This document shows, piece after piece, positions 37,229 to 48,500 of a stretch of 64,000 nucleotides of DNA. The position numbers and the translations under genes were made by a program. The stretch's first letter is position 1. Each line of letters starts with the position of its first letter. This DNA is from Balanoglossus misakiensis (taxonomy: Eukaryota > Animalia > Hemichordata). The notes beneath the pieces were generated by a model. It had not been told where the DNA came from. It worked only from the letters and a program-made list of their open reading frames with translations, and did no database searches. Location: NCBI GenBank assembly GCA_040954595.2, contig CM082590.2, forward strand, positions 8,557,764 to 8,621,763. Direction: 5' to 3'.

Positions 37229-37761
37229 AAGAATTTAGACTATTTTGCAGTCGCCATATGGGGAAATTTCACGGAAACAAGATTCTGGTAACATCGGTGA
37301 TGCTGTCTCCCATGGAAACTGACGGCGTCGGTAAGTAACCATGGCAACAGAGGAGTTTCTAGCCCTCGGCAGTTGAAGTTGTTTCAATCTAGTCCGCGTA
37401 TATCTAAATCTTCGAATATGACCACGTGGTTGCCTACTTTTTCACGTGGCAATCCAGTGAAAATTTGTCATTGGATATATGGCTCAACTTACCTTGCTAA
37501 TTATAAAAAATTGTGAAAAATGTATCTAATTAACCCTTAAATTTTTAAGACTATCTTTGCTTTATCAAACAGCATGCTTCTGTTAGGAAAATAAATGACA
37601 TGAAAAGATGACCAGTCAATATATGTTGTTTTATTTCAGACTCTCAAAATACTTCTGAAAATACAGAGCATCATGAGAAGATGATGAAATTGACTGAAAA
37701 GTTTGAAGAAAAAGTCTAAAAGTCTGCAAAAGATTTGAAGAAAGTCATCTATGTGAAAACG
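37229..37761 (+). pseudogene. Decayed exons 1-2 of a ZF-family gene (copy 2)
   Basis: Duplicate of 31810-32340. Donor after 37330; 122-nt frameshifted exon at 37640-37761. Confidence 0.7.
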
Positions 37762-38896
37762 GTAAGTGCTAATTCTTTGAGACATATGTATCTCATTTAA
37801 AAGGTACAATATTCATCCAGGAATATGGACTAAATCAAGTACCACCCCCCCCCCCCCTTATAGCTCTTCTATCATAGTTGCCCCCCCCCCCCCCCTCAAG
37901 TTTAACCCTCCACCCACAGTTACCTCTTTTTGAGGTCCAACCTTACCATAGAAAACAATAAGTTTGGACTGAACCATGGTGATGAAAGGGTTAAGAATAC
38001 ATTGGGGAGAAAAACACTGAAAGAAATTGTCAAAAATTATAGTTAATGTGCCTTTAAACAACTAAAATAAACACAAGAATATGCAAAAACTAGAAAATGT
38101 TCATCTTGTACTGAGATGATAACAAAGAAATTCACACACAATATCTGACCCTGTTACAGGGTATATGAACAAAAACCATGTTACAGAAAATCACGTAAAC
38201 TGGAAATTACATAGCTGAGTTCATAGGCATTTCACAGATCTGATCAGTGTATGTACATGAATTGACACACATATGAGTGTGGTACATACATTGTCTTCAC
38301 ACCATTTCCTTACAAATGTCTGCAATATTTGCATATCTTACATTCTATATTGCTATATTTCACCCCATCCCCCCCAAACAGTCAATAAAGTACTTTTGAA
38401 GTCACAAAGAAAACAAGGAAAAATTCTGTTGAAAGATAAAATGAAAACAAATGATGTTCAGTGAATTCTACAAATCAATATCACACTCTAATAATGTCAA
38501 GACAATTTTTCTTTCTTCATGTGAACACTACAGCACTGATCCAAAGACATTAACCCTTCCACCCCCATGTTCCTCTGTAGAGGTCCAACTTTACCATATA
38601 AAACAATGGATTTGGACCAAACCAGTGAAAGGGATAAAAGGACAATGTGTGATTTTTGGGTTGACTGGGACAACTGCATTCAGTTCAAAGTTGTGGGTGA
38701 TTTTACCCACAAAGCAACTTCAAAGTCTGCGGTTTGACCACCTAAACACAAATCAAACATTTCAGGATTTGTGAAATAACTCACAAACTCTGTGAGTTAC
38801 ACCAACATGGGTAGTCAGTCAGTCATCACAAAGAATTCCCATCCAAAGTTGGTAAAATTTGGAATATAGTCTGCTCCATCTTGTGATGTTTTAGTG

Positions 38897-41113
38897 TCAC
38901 TGTACAAACACTTTGATGCAGTGGTTGTCCCTATCAGCTACAACCACCCTGCAAGGTGCATCATCTGTCAGTGCCAGACCCGTGGGGTACTCCAGCTTAT
39001 CCCCATCACTGTCAACACGACAAACAAACTTACCACCACTCTCAAACTTCAGTATGCTATAAGGGGTGAAAGTACTAACATACACATATTTATCATTCTC
39101 GATGCTTATTCCCAGGGGTTCACTCTGTTTACCATCCCCATTCCGACAATTAAAGGAATACAAATACTGGTCATCTGAATTGAACACCTGGATACGCTTG
39201 TTTTCAGAATCTGCTACAAACACCATCCCACTTCTTCCCACTACTATTCCCCAGGGCCACTTGAATTCCCCCTGACCTCTACCCTTTGACCCAAATGACC
39301 TAATATACTTGCCATGTTGTGTATAAATCCTGACACAATGCCCATCACTGTCTGTCACATAGACATTCCCATTGACAGGGCTGATAGATATCCCCCATGG
39401 ATTCTTCAGCTCATTCTGTCCAAAGCATCTGATGACACGTCCATTCTCATCACTGACAACTACTTGCTTATTGTTGTTATCTAAACTATAGTGTGTATTA
39501 TCACTTGAAATAGCTACATCATGTGGCCTGAAAGGTTTTTCAAATTGTGTAAAATTCAAGATTTTCTTAACTCTGCCGTCTCTGGTGGTTATTTGTAATC
39601 TGTTATTGCCTGTATCAGCAGTGACAATGTCTTTGTCTTTGTTTATGGCCACACTCAGGGGATTGTTGAACTGTCCCTCAGCACTTCCTTCACTGCCAAT
39701 GGTTTGAACCAATCTTTTGATGACAGGTATGATGACAGGAGAGCCTGGTACTGGTTGATCTCCTATTGTCATGGCAACTTGATACTTCCCATCCATTTGT
39801 CCATTCACTGTCACTTTGTGTGTACCATCTCTGTTATCTGATACTTTGATGTCTTCCCATGATGCATCAGGCTTTCTTACCTTGGCTTTCACTGGGTGTT
39901 TTGGGATGACTTGTTTTCCTGTGGAATCTCTGGTTGTGATCAGCAGGTGTGCAGAGTCACCTTTCAGAAGTTGTTTTGGAATGTTTTCAACTGTACACTT
40001 TAACATACAGATCTCATGTTGAGATATCAGTGATCCCAGAATTCCCTGCTCATTAAACTCACTCCTTGGTTCAAATACAACTTCTTCATTCTGTGTCTGT
40101 GGTTTTGTTTCCATGGCAATAAGTTGATTGATGCGATGTTCTGCATCAGCCTTGGTTGAAAGAAGTTGAGCAGCATTCCCATGATGCATCAATGTTTCAA
40201 TATAACGGCATGTACTCTGAATGTTACCATGTTTTAATTCCAACTCATCAATGTCCACAGCTGCTGTTTTTATTTTCAGCTTGTAATTTTCATTCAGCTC
40301 ATCTACCAGTCTCTGCTCTTCTCTCTTTACTTTGTTGATGATTTCTTCTGCTGTCATTCTCACCTTCCTTTCTTCTTTCCTATGCTGCTCTGTGAGATCA
40401 CTGTGTACCTGCTTGGCTAGGCTTTTGTTCTTTTCAGTTTCCTGTTCTTTCACTTTCAGTTTGTCCACCATGACTTTCAAGTCTCTCATATACTCATCTG
40501 CTGCATCTTTCAAGTCGCTGTGTACATGTTCTGGTATGCGGTGTTTGACAATTGTACAGTTTGAACAGACAGGCATCTGACAGGTTTCACAGTAGAATTC
40601 AATTTTGTTTTCTGTGTGGACACTGCAATATTCTACTGCTTGTAATTTTGCAGGATTGGTTGACTTTGCTGTTTCATATTCTTCAATGCTCAAAATTTTG
40701 TGAGTCCGCGTGATTGGTAGATTTCTGTGTACCTTAACACAGCTTTTACACAGATAATTTTGGCACTGATCTACACACCTGTGAGTGGCTGTATTCTCTT
40801 GGCAACCTTCACACTTGATCTCTGCTCTCTGAGTGGATTCCTGTCGTTGGTTGTACAGTTCTGTCAAATTTGAAATGAAGAAGTTGGTCTTGATTCCTGG
40901 AACTCCACTACCAGGAAGTTGATATTGCTGTCGACATTCTGGACAGATTAGAGATCCTGTCTTTTCAACCAGAGTGACTAAACACTGCTCACAGTATGTA
41001 TGTAGACATGGTAGAGTTTTCGGAGTTTTAAACAACTCCAGACAGATGGTACAACACAGGAAATCCTCGCCCACTTCTTTCAGAAATTTACCTTCAGTGC
41101 CTGCAGTCGCCAT
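38897..41113 (-). CDS. TRIM-NHL E3 ligase, intronless CDS, copy 2
   Basis: 738-aa ORF with the same domain order as copy 1 and a near-identical RING. Confidence 0.93.
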   Translation of the reverse strand: MATAGTEGKFLKEVGEDFLCCTICLELFKTPKTLPCLHTYCEQCLVTLVEKTGSLICPECRQQYQLPGSGVPGIKTNFFISNLTELYNQRQESTQRAEIKCEGCQENTATHRCVDQCQNYLCKSCVKVHRNLPITRTHKILSIEEYETAKSTNPAKLQAVEYCSVHTENKIEFYCETCQMPVCSNCTIVKHRIPEHVHSDLKDAADEYMRDLKVMVDKLKVKEQETEKNKSLAKQVHSDLTEQHRKEERKVRMTAEEIINKVKREEQRLVDELNENYKLKIKTAAVDIDELELKHGNIQSTCRYIETLMHHGNAAQLLSTKADAEHRINQLIAMETKPQTQNEEVVFEPRSEFNEQGILGSLISQHEICMLKCTVENIPKQLLKGDSAHLLITTRDSTGKQVIPKHPVKAKVRKPDASWEDIKVSDNRDGTHKVTVNGQMDGKYQVAMTIGDQPVPGSPVIIPVIKRLVQTIGSEGSAEGQFNNPLSVAINKDKDIVTADTGNNRLQITTRDGRVKKILNFTQFEKPFRPHDVAISSDNTHYSLDNNNKQVVVSDENGRVIRCFGQNELKNPWGISISPVNGNVYVTDSDGHCVRIYTQHGKYIRSFGSKGRGQGEFKWPWGIVVGRSGMVFVADSENKRIQVFNSDDQYLYSFNCRNGDGKQSEPLGISIENDKYVYVSTFTPYSILKFESGGKFVCRVDSDGDKLEYPTGLALTDDAPCRVVVADRDNHCIKVFVQ

Positions 41114-42810
41114 TGTGTACGTGTATCAACTCTCAAAGCTTCAGAAACAGTTTGTAGCAGAGCCCCTTATCTTGATGGTATTGAAACACTTCAAAAAGTC
41201 TGAGTATACGTCATCAGTGAATCAAAGTATACGATATGTAAATAGTGTGATCAATATGTGACTAACCTAAGCAGTACACCTAGACAACTGAAAAACTGTT
41301 GTGAGAATTTTGGGTATTATTTCTCAACTAATCTGAGGTCATCGCTGGGTCATCTTCACAACAATGGTACGAATACCTGCAGTGTACCAGACAACTGAAG
41401 TATGCCAATCCTTAGTTCTAGTGTTGCACACAATCTCTGTTGTCTGCAAATATATTAATCTAGGTCAGAAATTTCATGTATTGTTGAATTATCATCTAAG
41501 TTAAATTTAGGATGTAGGACCATATTATAACTTACTCTTTCATATCAAACATATATTTCATGCGACCAAAAGCTCAAATATCTGAGCTCCAGAAAAAGTT
41601 CCTCATTTTCATTTTGCCCTTTATCTGATATCAAAGTGATAATACCAACTACACTGACTGAAATTTCAGTCGATAGCGACAGATCTGTAGTTTTATCAAC
41701 AGAATATGTCAACCAGAGTTATTTACACAAAGAGACAAATTATTTTGAGGTCAGGGAAGTCAGATAAAAAGCTGACAGAGTAGACAGATTTATTTTGCTG
41801 ATAAAAGCCATTAACTGAGTGATAAATGTCAAATCAATAGAAGTATGGTGATAGGTGCAGCGGTTTTGTGTGCTTAATTCTATTCAGTCTCTTCAGTTTA
41901 GTTGAACTGTTCACGGTGGAATTTTATTGAAATATACACATACATACTCATCTATGACACTATAGAATGTGCTTGAAAAAAATACAACTGTGACACACAG
42001 AAATGGACAGACACAGGTGGTCATTGATGATAGATCATAATTATGATGATCAGTATTTGATAATGAAGAAATTAAAATCAAGTTTTAAAATTATCATTGA
42101 TATTCTAATAATTCCAAAAGTCACCTAATCAAATTGTCCAGGAGTAAATTTCATTTTCCCATGGACTTTCCGTTAGTGGTACATTTCAAATTCCAGAATT
42201 TCAAGGCATGTATGGATCCCCCCCCCCCCCCCCCCCTTCTCTTTCTGCGGTTGGGTGTTGGAGGTAAATCTTGCATCGAAAATGTTGTTGTTTGTAATCA
42301 ACAACCTAACAAGTTTTATTTTGTTTCTTTCTCTTTCAGGGAGACTGATTTCGTTTTGTTGTTGACCAGTTTCTTGAGAAAACAACGAAAGTCTTGGGAT
42401 TTTCCGAAGAACGAGGCAGGAGACTGGAGGATCCATCAATAGAGGGCGCTGTCTGGCACTCCACCCATCTTTTGGCACTTGCAGGTGAACTTGTAGGGTT
42501 TCATTGTAATATGAATACCGTTGAAGCATATCAAATTCTGAGTATGATAAGATACGCTGCGTTGCCTTTGCAAGAATTTTAAATAATGTCCTGTCATAGA
42601 GTTAACTGTATATAGCGTTCTGGTTGCGTGGACCGAGGTGAATCAAAAGACTATTTTCGCCTGAATCTGAGTCTGAATTTGACCCGGAACGTCTTATCTG
42701 TACTTCCCGCTGGCGCTGCTGGATGAGCTTGTTTACCTTTCAGTCTGCGCGAATTATATTTTCCGTGGCGCGAGTCGGTCATCCCCGGAATACAGACTTT
42801 TGAAACCAAA

Positions 42811-43174
42811 ATGGATTTTGGAGCTTTTCCGGTTGCTATATCCGATGGCGAAAACGTAAATTTTGGAAACAGTGCCGTTTTCGGCGTTGACTGCAAGCCA
42901 TATTTAGACCTTAGTACTACTTCTGTTGGTAAGTACAAATATTTATCTCAACTCTTAGCTCCTTTGTTTCCAACATGTATGTATCAGTCTTTAACTGTTG
43001 AGTATTTTTAGCGATTTTTTTTCAGACAATGTATCAAAGATGGTTTCTTATTTGGCTTTGCTTTATCGGGATAACAACCTAGTGTTTATATCATCTCAAC
43101 AATGATATACATGTATCAACAATGTTCCTCCAATGTTCCCTTTCCATCTCTCTCTCTGTCTGTCTCTCTCTCTG

Positions 43175-43221
<47 letters not shown>

Positions 43222-44683
43222 AAGGTCTAAATCTCCTCTCAAGCATGTGTTTGTTTTTTGCAGAATGCCACAATGCATATGAACATACAGAACTTCATGA
43301 CCAGATGACTGACCTTGCTGTTTACCTTGAAAACTGGACTCAGGAAATCATTCACAGGTTTCAAGGAAATAGTCTTTCGAGAAACGGTATGTGATTCAAT
43401 AATAGGATGTCTTTATGGGACTGTTGTTAATGGCCAAGGATCGTCTGATATGAATGTGTGTAATTTTATGTGTACGTGTATAAACATTATGTCACAGAGT
43501 GTTGTCGCTGCCATCTTGTCTGTTGTCAGGACACTATATCATTGACTGTATACAAGTTTTGTAACCAGAATCTCTGGTTTGGCACATATGCATAAAACAC
43601 TCTTTGCCACTGACTACGCACTTGTTAAAATATTTGCTCTTTCACCCCTAATTTCCTCTCTAATGGTCCAACTTTACACTGGAAAACAATGGATTTGGAT
43701 CAAACCATGGTGGTGAAAGGGTCAATTGCTCTCACTGTTTTCTTTCATTTTCAACAGATGTTCAAAGTGTGGTCCGCAGTCTGGAAATGAATGGCCATAT
43801 TACTGTTGATGCGCTTAGTTCCGACAGTCTAATTGAAGACTGGAGTCATTCCATGGGAAGAATGGATGAAAACCCGGAATTTCCGGATCCCTGGAGTCAT
43901 CTGATGGGAACAACGACGTATGATTGCGGAACATTTGCACTGCAGGATAGTTCCCTGAACGCGCAACTGGGAATCCAAGAATGCGGTAAGACATATCCTC
44001 ACGGTAGCACTCTGAATCAACATCTCAGACTTGACTGGAATGAATCAGTGCCCTTGGACCGTAAAATGGACGACGAATCGCAATACCAATGCCAAGACTG
44101 TGAGGAGAATTTCCACCAACTTGACCACTGGCTGGCGCACCTCAAAACCAACCACACTGATAGACCACACCAATGCAAAGATTGTGGGAAAAGATTTGCG
44201 AAAAACAGCAACCTGAGCAGACACGTCTTGACCCACGCCAAGGAAAAACCTTTCACGTGCAAAGACTGCGGGAGAGGCTACACGCAAAAAAACGCTCTGT
44301 TGAAACACTCGAGGACGCATTCGGGATTCGGAAGACGGAGATACGAGTGCAAGGAATGCGAGAAATCGTTCGGGAGTTGTAACGACTTGACCAAGCATCT
44401 CAGAATTCACTGGAATCAGACGGTGGCGCCCTCGGACCGTAAAACGGCCGACGGACCGCAGTACGAGTGCCAGGACTGCGGGGCGAACTTCAGCCAACTT
44501 GACCACCTGCTCGGACACCTCAGAACCCACCCGGACAAAAGACCATACGAATGCAAAGACTGCGGGAAAACATTCACCACCATCAGCTCTCTCAAGAGTC
44601 ACCGTGTTGTACATCAGTCGGAACGACCATACGTCATACTTGTCCCTATAGCTGGACACCCTCTGCAAGGTATCCCCCCATAA
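42811..44683 (+). CDS. C2H2 zinc-finger protein ZF2 (~6 fingers plus a degenerate one); exons 42811-42928, 43264-43386, 43758-44683
   Basis: Fingers lie in the terminal exon. Exon 1 (MDF...TSV|) and the 123-nt exon 2 parallel ZF1. All junctions are GT/AG, phase 1 and in frame. Confidence 0.82.
43147..43221. repeat. (CT)n/(CTGT)n microsatellite in ZF2 intron 1
   Basis: Direct reading of the sequence. Confidence 0.9.
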
Positions 44684-45525
44684 TTTAAAGAAAATGGATC
44701 GTCCCACTTACAGGTTTGAGTCTCAGTGGCAGTGTTGGACCTTTTTACAGGGACATGGGGATGAAAGTGTTTATTAATAAGAAGATTGGTAAATTATTAG
44801 GAGAACCCAGTAGTTATATTTCTGTTATCAATTTTCAATGACCAGCCACTTGTCAATTTCTGTGATAATGTATTTTTCTTTTAAAATATGCATAAAAAAA
44901 TCAACCAATCATTGAACTGTCATCCACTTTGAGCATTATGTTCCTTAGCAACTGTTGCCCGGCAATTGAATCCTTTGTTGGTATTGTCATCCAATTTCAA
45001 ACCGTGCAGTTGTGTTCTGATGCTCTTAATCGCAAACTTTCAGTGACAGTCACACCAACATAAGATTGGCTTACAAAGAACACAGACAGAACATACAGAA
45101 GGCATGTATTTTTTTCGTAATTTTATTTCAAAGAATGAAATTGTCGCTAAACTACAAGTAGAAAAAAAACTGCACAGAAACAAGTAGAAATTCTGTATAG
45201 GTGTGCAGGAGACATTATAAATCTGAACAAGAATATTAAAATCAAATTGTCACTTTCAGGCCAAACTGTCTTGTATTTATAACAGTGCTGGTAATTCACC
45301 ACACATCAAATTTCCAGTATGTTAAGGAAAACTGCAGGGAATGTGGTTAAATATCAGTGTAGGCGTGACAGCGGAAACATGATAGAGGCAGAATGCTTTT
45401 ACCCTCCCATCACAATGGTTCGGTCCAAATGTATTGTTTTCTAGGTAAAGTTGGACCTCTTTAGATTAACATAGGGGTGTAAGGGTTCAATAAGTTTGTG
45501 CATCCGCATAGCCTTTCAGTGTTTG

Positions 45526-48500
45526 TTACAATTGTACAGGTTCCACATCAGTCTTTCTGTCTGTCTGTTTTTTCCGCGATTGGAGCCTAGTGGGGTACTT
45601 TCGTCTGCTGCTTTCGGGAGAGGTTGTGTCGCGTTTCGATTTGTCCTTGGCATGTACGCTGGCCAGGTGGATCTCCAGCTTGGCCAGGTGTGTGAATGTC
45701 TTGCCGCACTGTTCGCACATGACGGGTGACTTTGGAGTGGTTGCGTCGCGTTTTGATTTTTTTTTCTTGGAGTGTACGCTAGCCAGGTGGACCTTCAGAT
45801 TTCCTCGTTGTGTGAAAGTCTTGCCGCATTTTTCGCAGAGGAACGGCTTCTCGCGGGAATGGACCCAGGCGTGGCGGCGGCGTTCGTTCGGCCGGAAGAA
45901 GCGCTTGCCGCAGTCGCTGCAGGCGTATCGCCGCTCCCCCGAGTGTCGCTGCTCGTGCTTATTCAACTGCTCGCGCGCCACGAACGCCTTCCCGCATTCT
46001 TTGCATTCATACGGGCGCTCGTTGACGTGGCGACGCAGGTGCACCTTCAGTTTGTAGAGTCCAGGCAGAGTCTTCCCGCATTCCCCGCAGACGTACCCAC
46101 TCCCGTTCGAGTGGGTCTTGATGTGTGTGGCCGCGTCGACGATGGTCAGGGAAATTTTGCCGCAGTGCTTGCATTCGTACTTTCGCTTCTTACTGGGTGC
46201 CCTCGACGGGTGGTTCTTAGTACGTGCTGCATCAGGGTCTCTGTTAACATTCAGTTTGTCCTTTGAGACTGTTCCATGTACCGGGGTATGGTCAGGCTTA
46301 CTGTCAGCCGATCTAAGAGTACCACTGCACACAGACTGGCTTTCATTCGAATGTCTTTCTTTCTGCTTGTGTACAATCGAAACCGGACGATTGATACTTT
46401 GACAACCATTCCCTGCGTCGCTCTCTCCGATTTCTGTAACAGTACGAGTCCCCTCTTGTAGCTTTTCAGTCTTGACTTTTGGGTGTTCGCTCTTTCTTTC
46501 CTCCAGGTTCACTTCTCCATGCATGGTAACCATTTCCTCTGTTGAAATATGACCACTTTGTGCATGACTATCTTTGGTGATCTGCATACCTATTTTGGAG
46601 AAAACAACAACAAAAAAATGCTTAGTAAACACCTGTCTTAGACTTTTATTTCTTTCCCAGTAAACAGGTTTAGATGTTTAAATTACTGTAGCGAGTGAAG
46701 CCCTTTTTCTATGAGCTGACACCAGGCTCAACCAATAATACAATACTTCAAGCTGGCATTGTCAGTATTATAGGTACATGGTCACCTCCAGTTTACATAT
46801 GTCCATATATGTCTAAATTGGTGTATCTGAGAACATGTAGGAATGATCATTTTTTGCGTGTGCCACCCACTGAAAATCTGTGATTGGCTAGATCTCAAAT
46901 TGCCATGGTAACTATAGCTAAATCTGCATAGGTAACCGTATACCTGTATGCCATCAACTTTATCAAACATTTTGTGCTTTTGTTTAACCGTATCACCTCT
47001 GCTTGTCAGTATCCATCATAATCTGACTTCCATCAAAATATTTTAGTCGTTTTCCCATACCTTTTTTAGGCTGTTTGGGATCTTCAGATCTTCCACGGAT
47101 TTTTTGAGCCGATACTTCAGAATCCTCAGCCAACTTCCTCTTCTTACGTGTCGCACGTTTACATCCATTTTCTGATTCCACTTTCTCCGTTAAAATGTGA
47201 TCAGATAGTGCCAGGCCGTTTATGATAATCTGAATATCTGAAATCAGAAATATTTGAGTGTTTTTCATCAGTTTTACAATGTCATACCTTTTTTTACTAC
47301 TCTGGGGTAAATGTGTGAATAATTCTACTGTACAGACAAGTTATAAAATCAACATTTAATACAGATCTTTATATTTTCATTAAAAAAAAAAAACCCCATG
47401 TTTTGTTCAAATTTGACATTTTCTATAACATGTGAAAATGTATATACGTATATGTTGTGTAGGTTAATCTTTATTTTCCAAGAAATCACGACAAAGCACA
47501 TCCTTCTAGTAGAAATGTCTCTTTGACTGCTAGACAGAATAATTTTGATACAAACTGAAATAATTTTGTTTGATTTGCAAGCATGACATCAAAGAATTTT
47601 CTCTACATACCGTTTTGAGAAAGTTGATTTTCTTCAAATCTTTGGTAGATTTTCTGAGTTGTTCTTTCAACGTCATCACCCCACTTGATCATATTCGCAC
47701 TATGGTTGGTGTTTTCATGATGTCCATTTTGACGGCCTGAAATGAAACAAGAAATCGCAGATGAAAATCTCCGATTCCAAAATCATACAATAAAACCTGT
47801 CTAAACTGATGCTCAATGACCAGTCATCAAAATTCAACTCAAATTCTGTTTATGAATAGAATACACAAATATTTTAGTCATTTCATTTTTGGTATTTACT
47901 AAAACTTGTTTTAGCAGCATTAAGACGCTGTGCCCATATGTACCAAAAATTACTGATAATTCTTCAGAATAGGATGTAAACGCTAAAAAAATATTAGCAA
48001 ATACAGTATTTTTGTTTCACACGAAACTTTCATTGGTCATTTGAATAGTAAGAATATCTCAACCTGAATATATCTCTTCATTCGATACTTTGCAAATTTA
48101 TTTTAGTTGTTTTAAAAACAGGTAGGCAAGGAACGAGTTTCTCTCATAAAATGTTGAATGAACTAAGAACAAAACGTGACATATTTGAAAGCCAAAATAG
48201 CATATCTAGGGCAAAATGTACAAAAATAGCTGAGTGTTACCATTACTTTACAGTAAATACATGATCAGTATTAAAGGGGCAGAGACGGTAACTTTTCACA
48301 TATACATAAAACTATATCTAATAATGCAAACTCAATACAGGATTGTTTTGTGTAAAAACACTTTATTTCTGTGATTTTACATCTTCACTCAAAGTACGAT
48401 GAACTGTCATCATGCATGGAAAGTATCAGTAAACCTTACACCCCTGTTTCCCTTTTTAGTGGTCCAGTTCTACCATAGCAAACAATGGGTTTGGACCAAA

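Larger units (their letters stand above)
31632..42380. repeat. Tandem segmental duplication of a ~5.4-kb unit (31632-37061 and 37056-42380)
   Basis: Collinear high similarity throughout, including non-coding DNA. TGAGAA is present at the left end, the junction and the right end. Confidence 0.93.
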
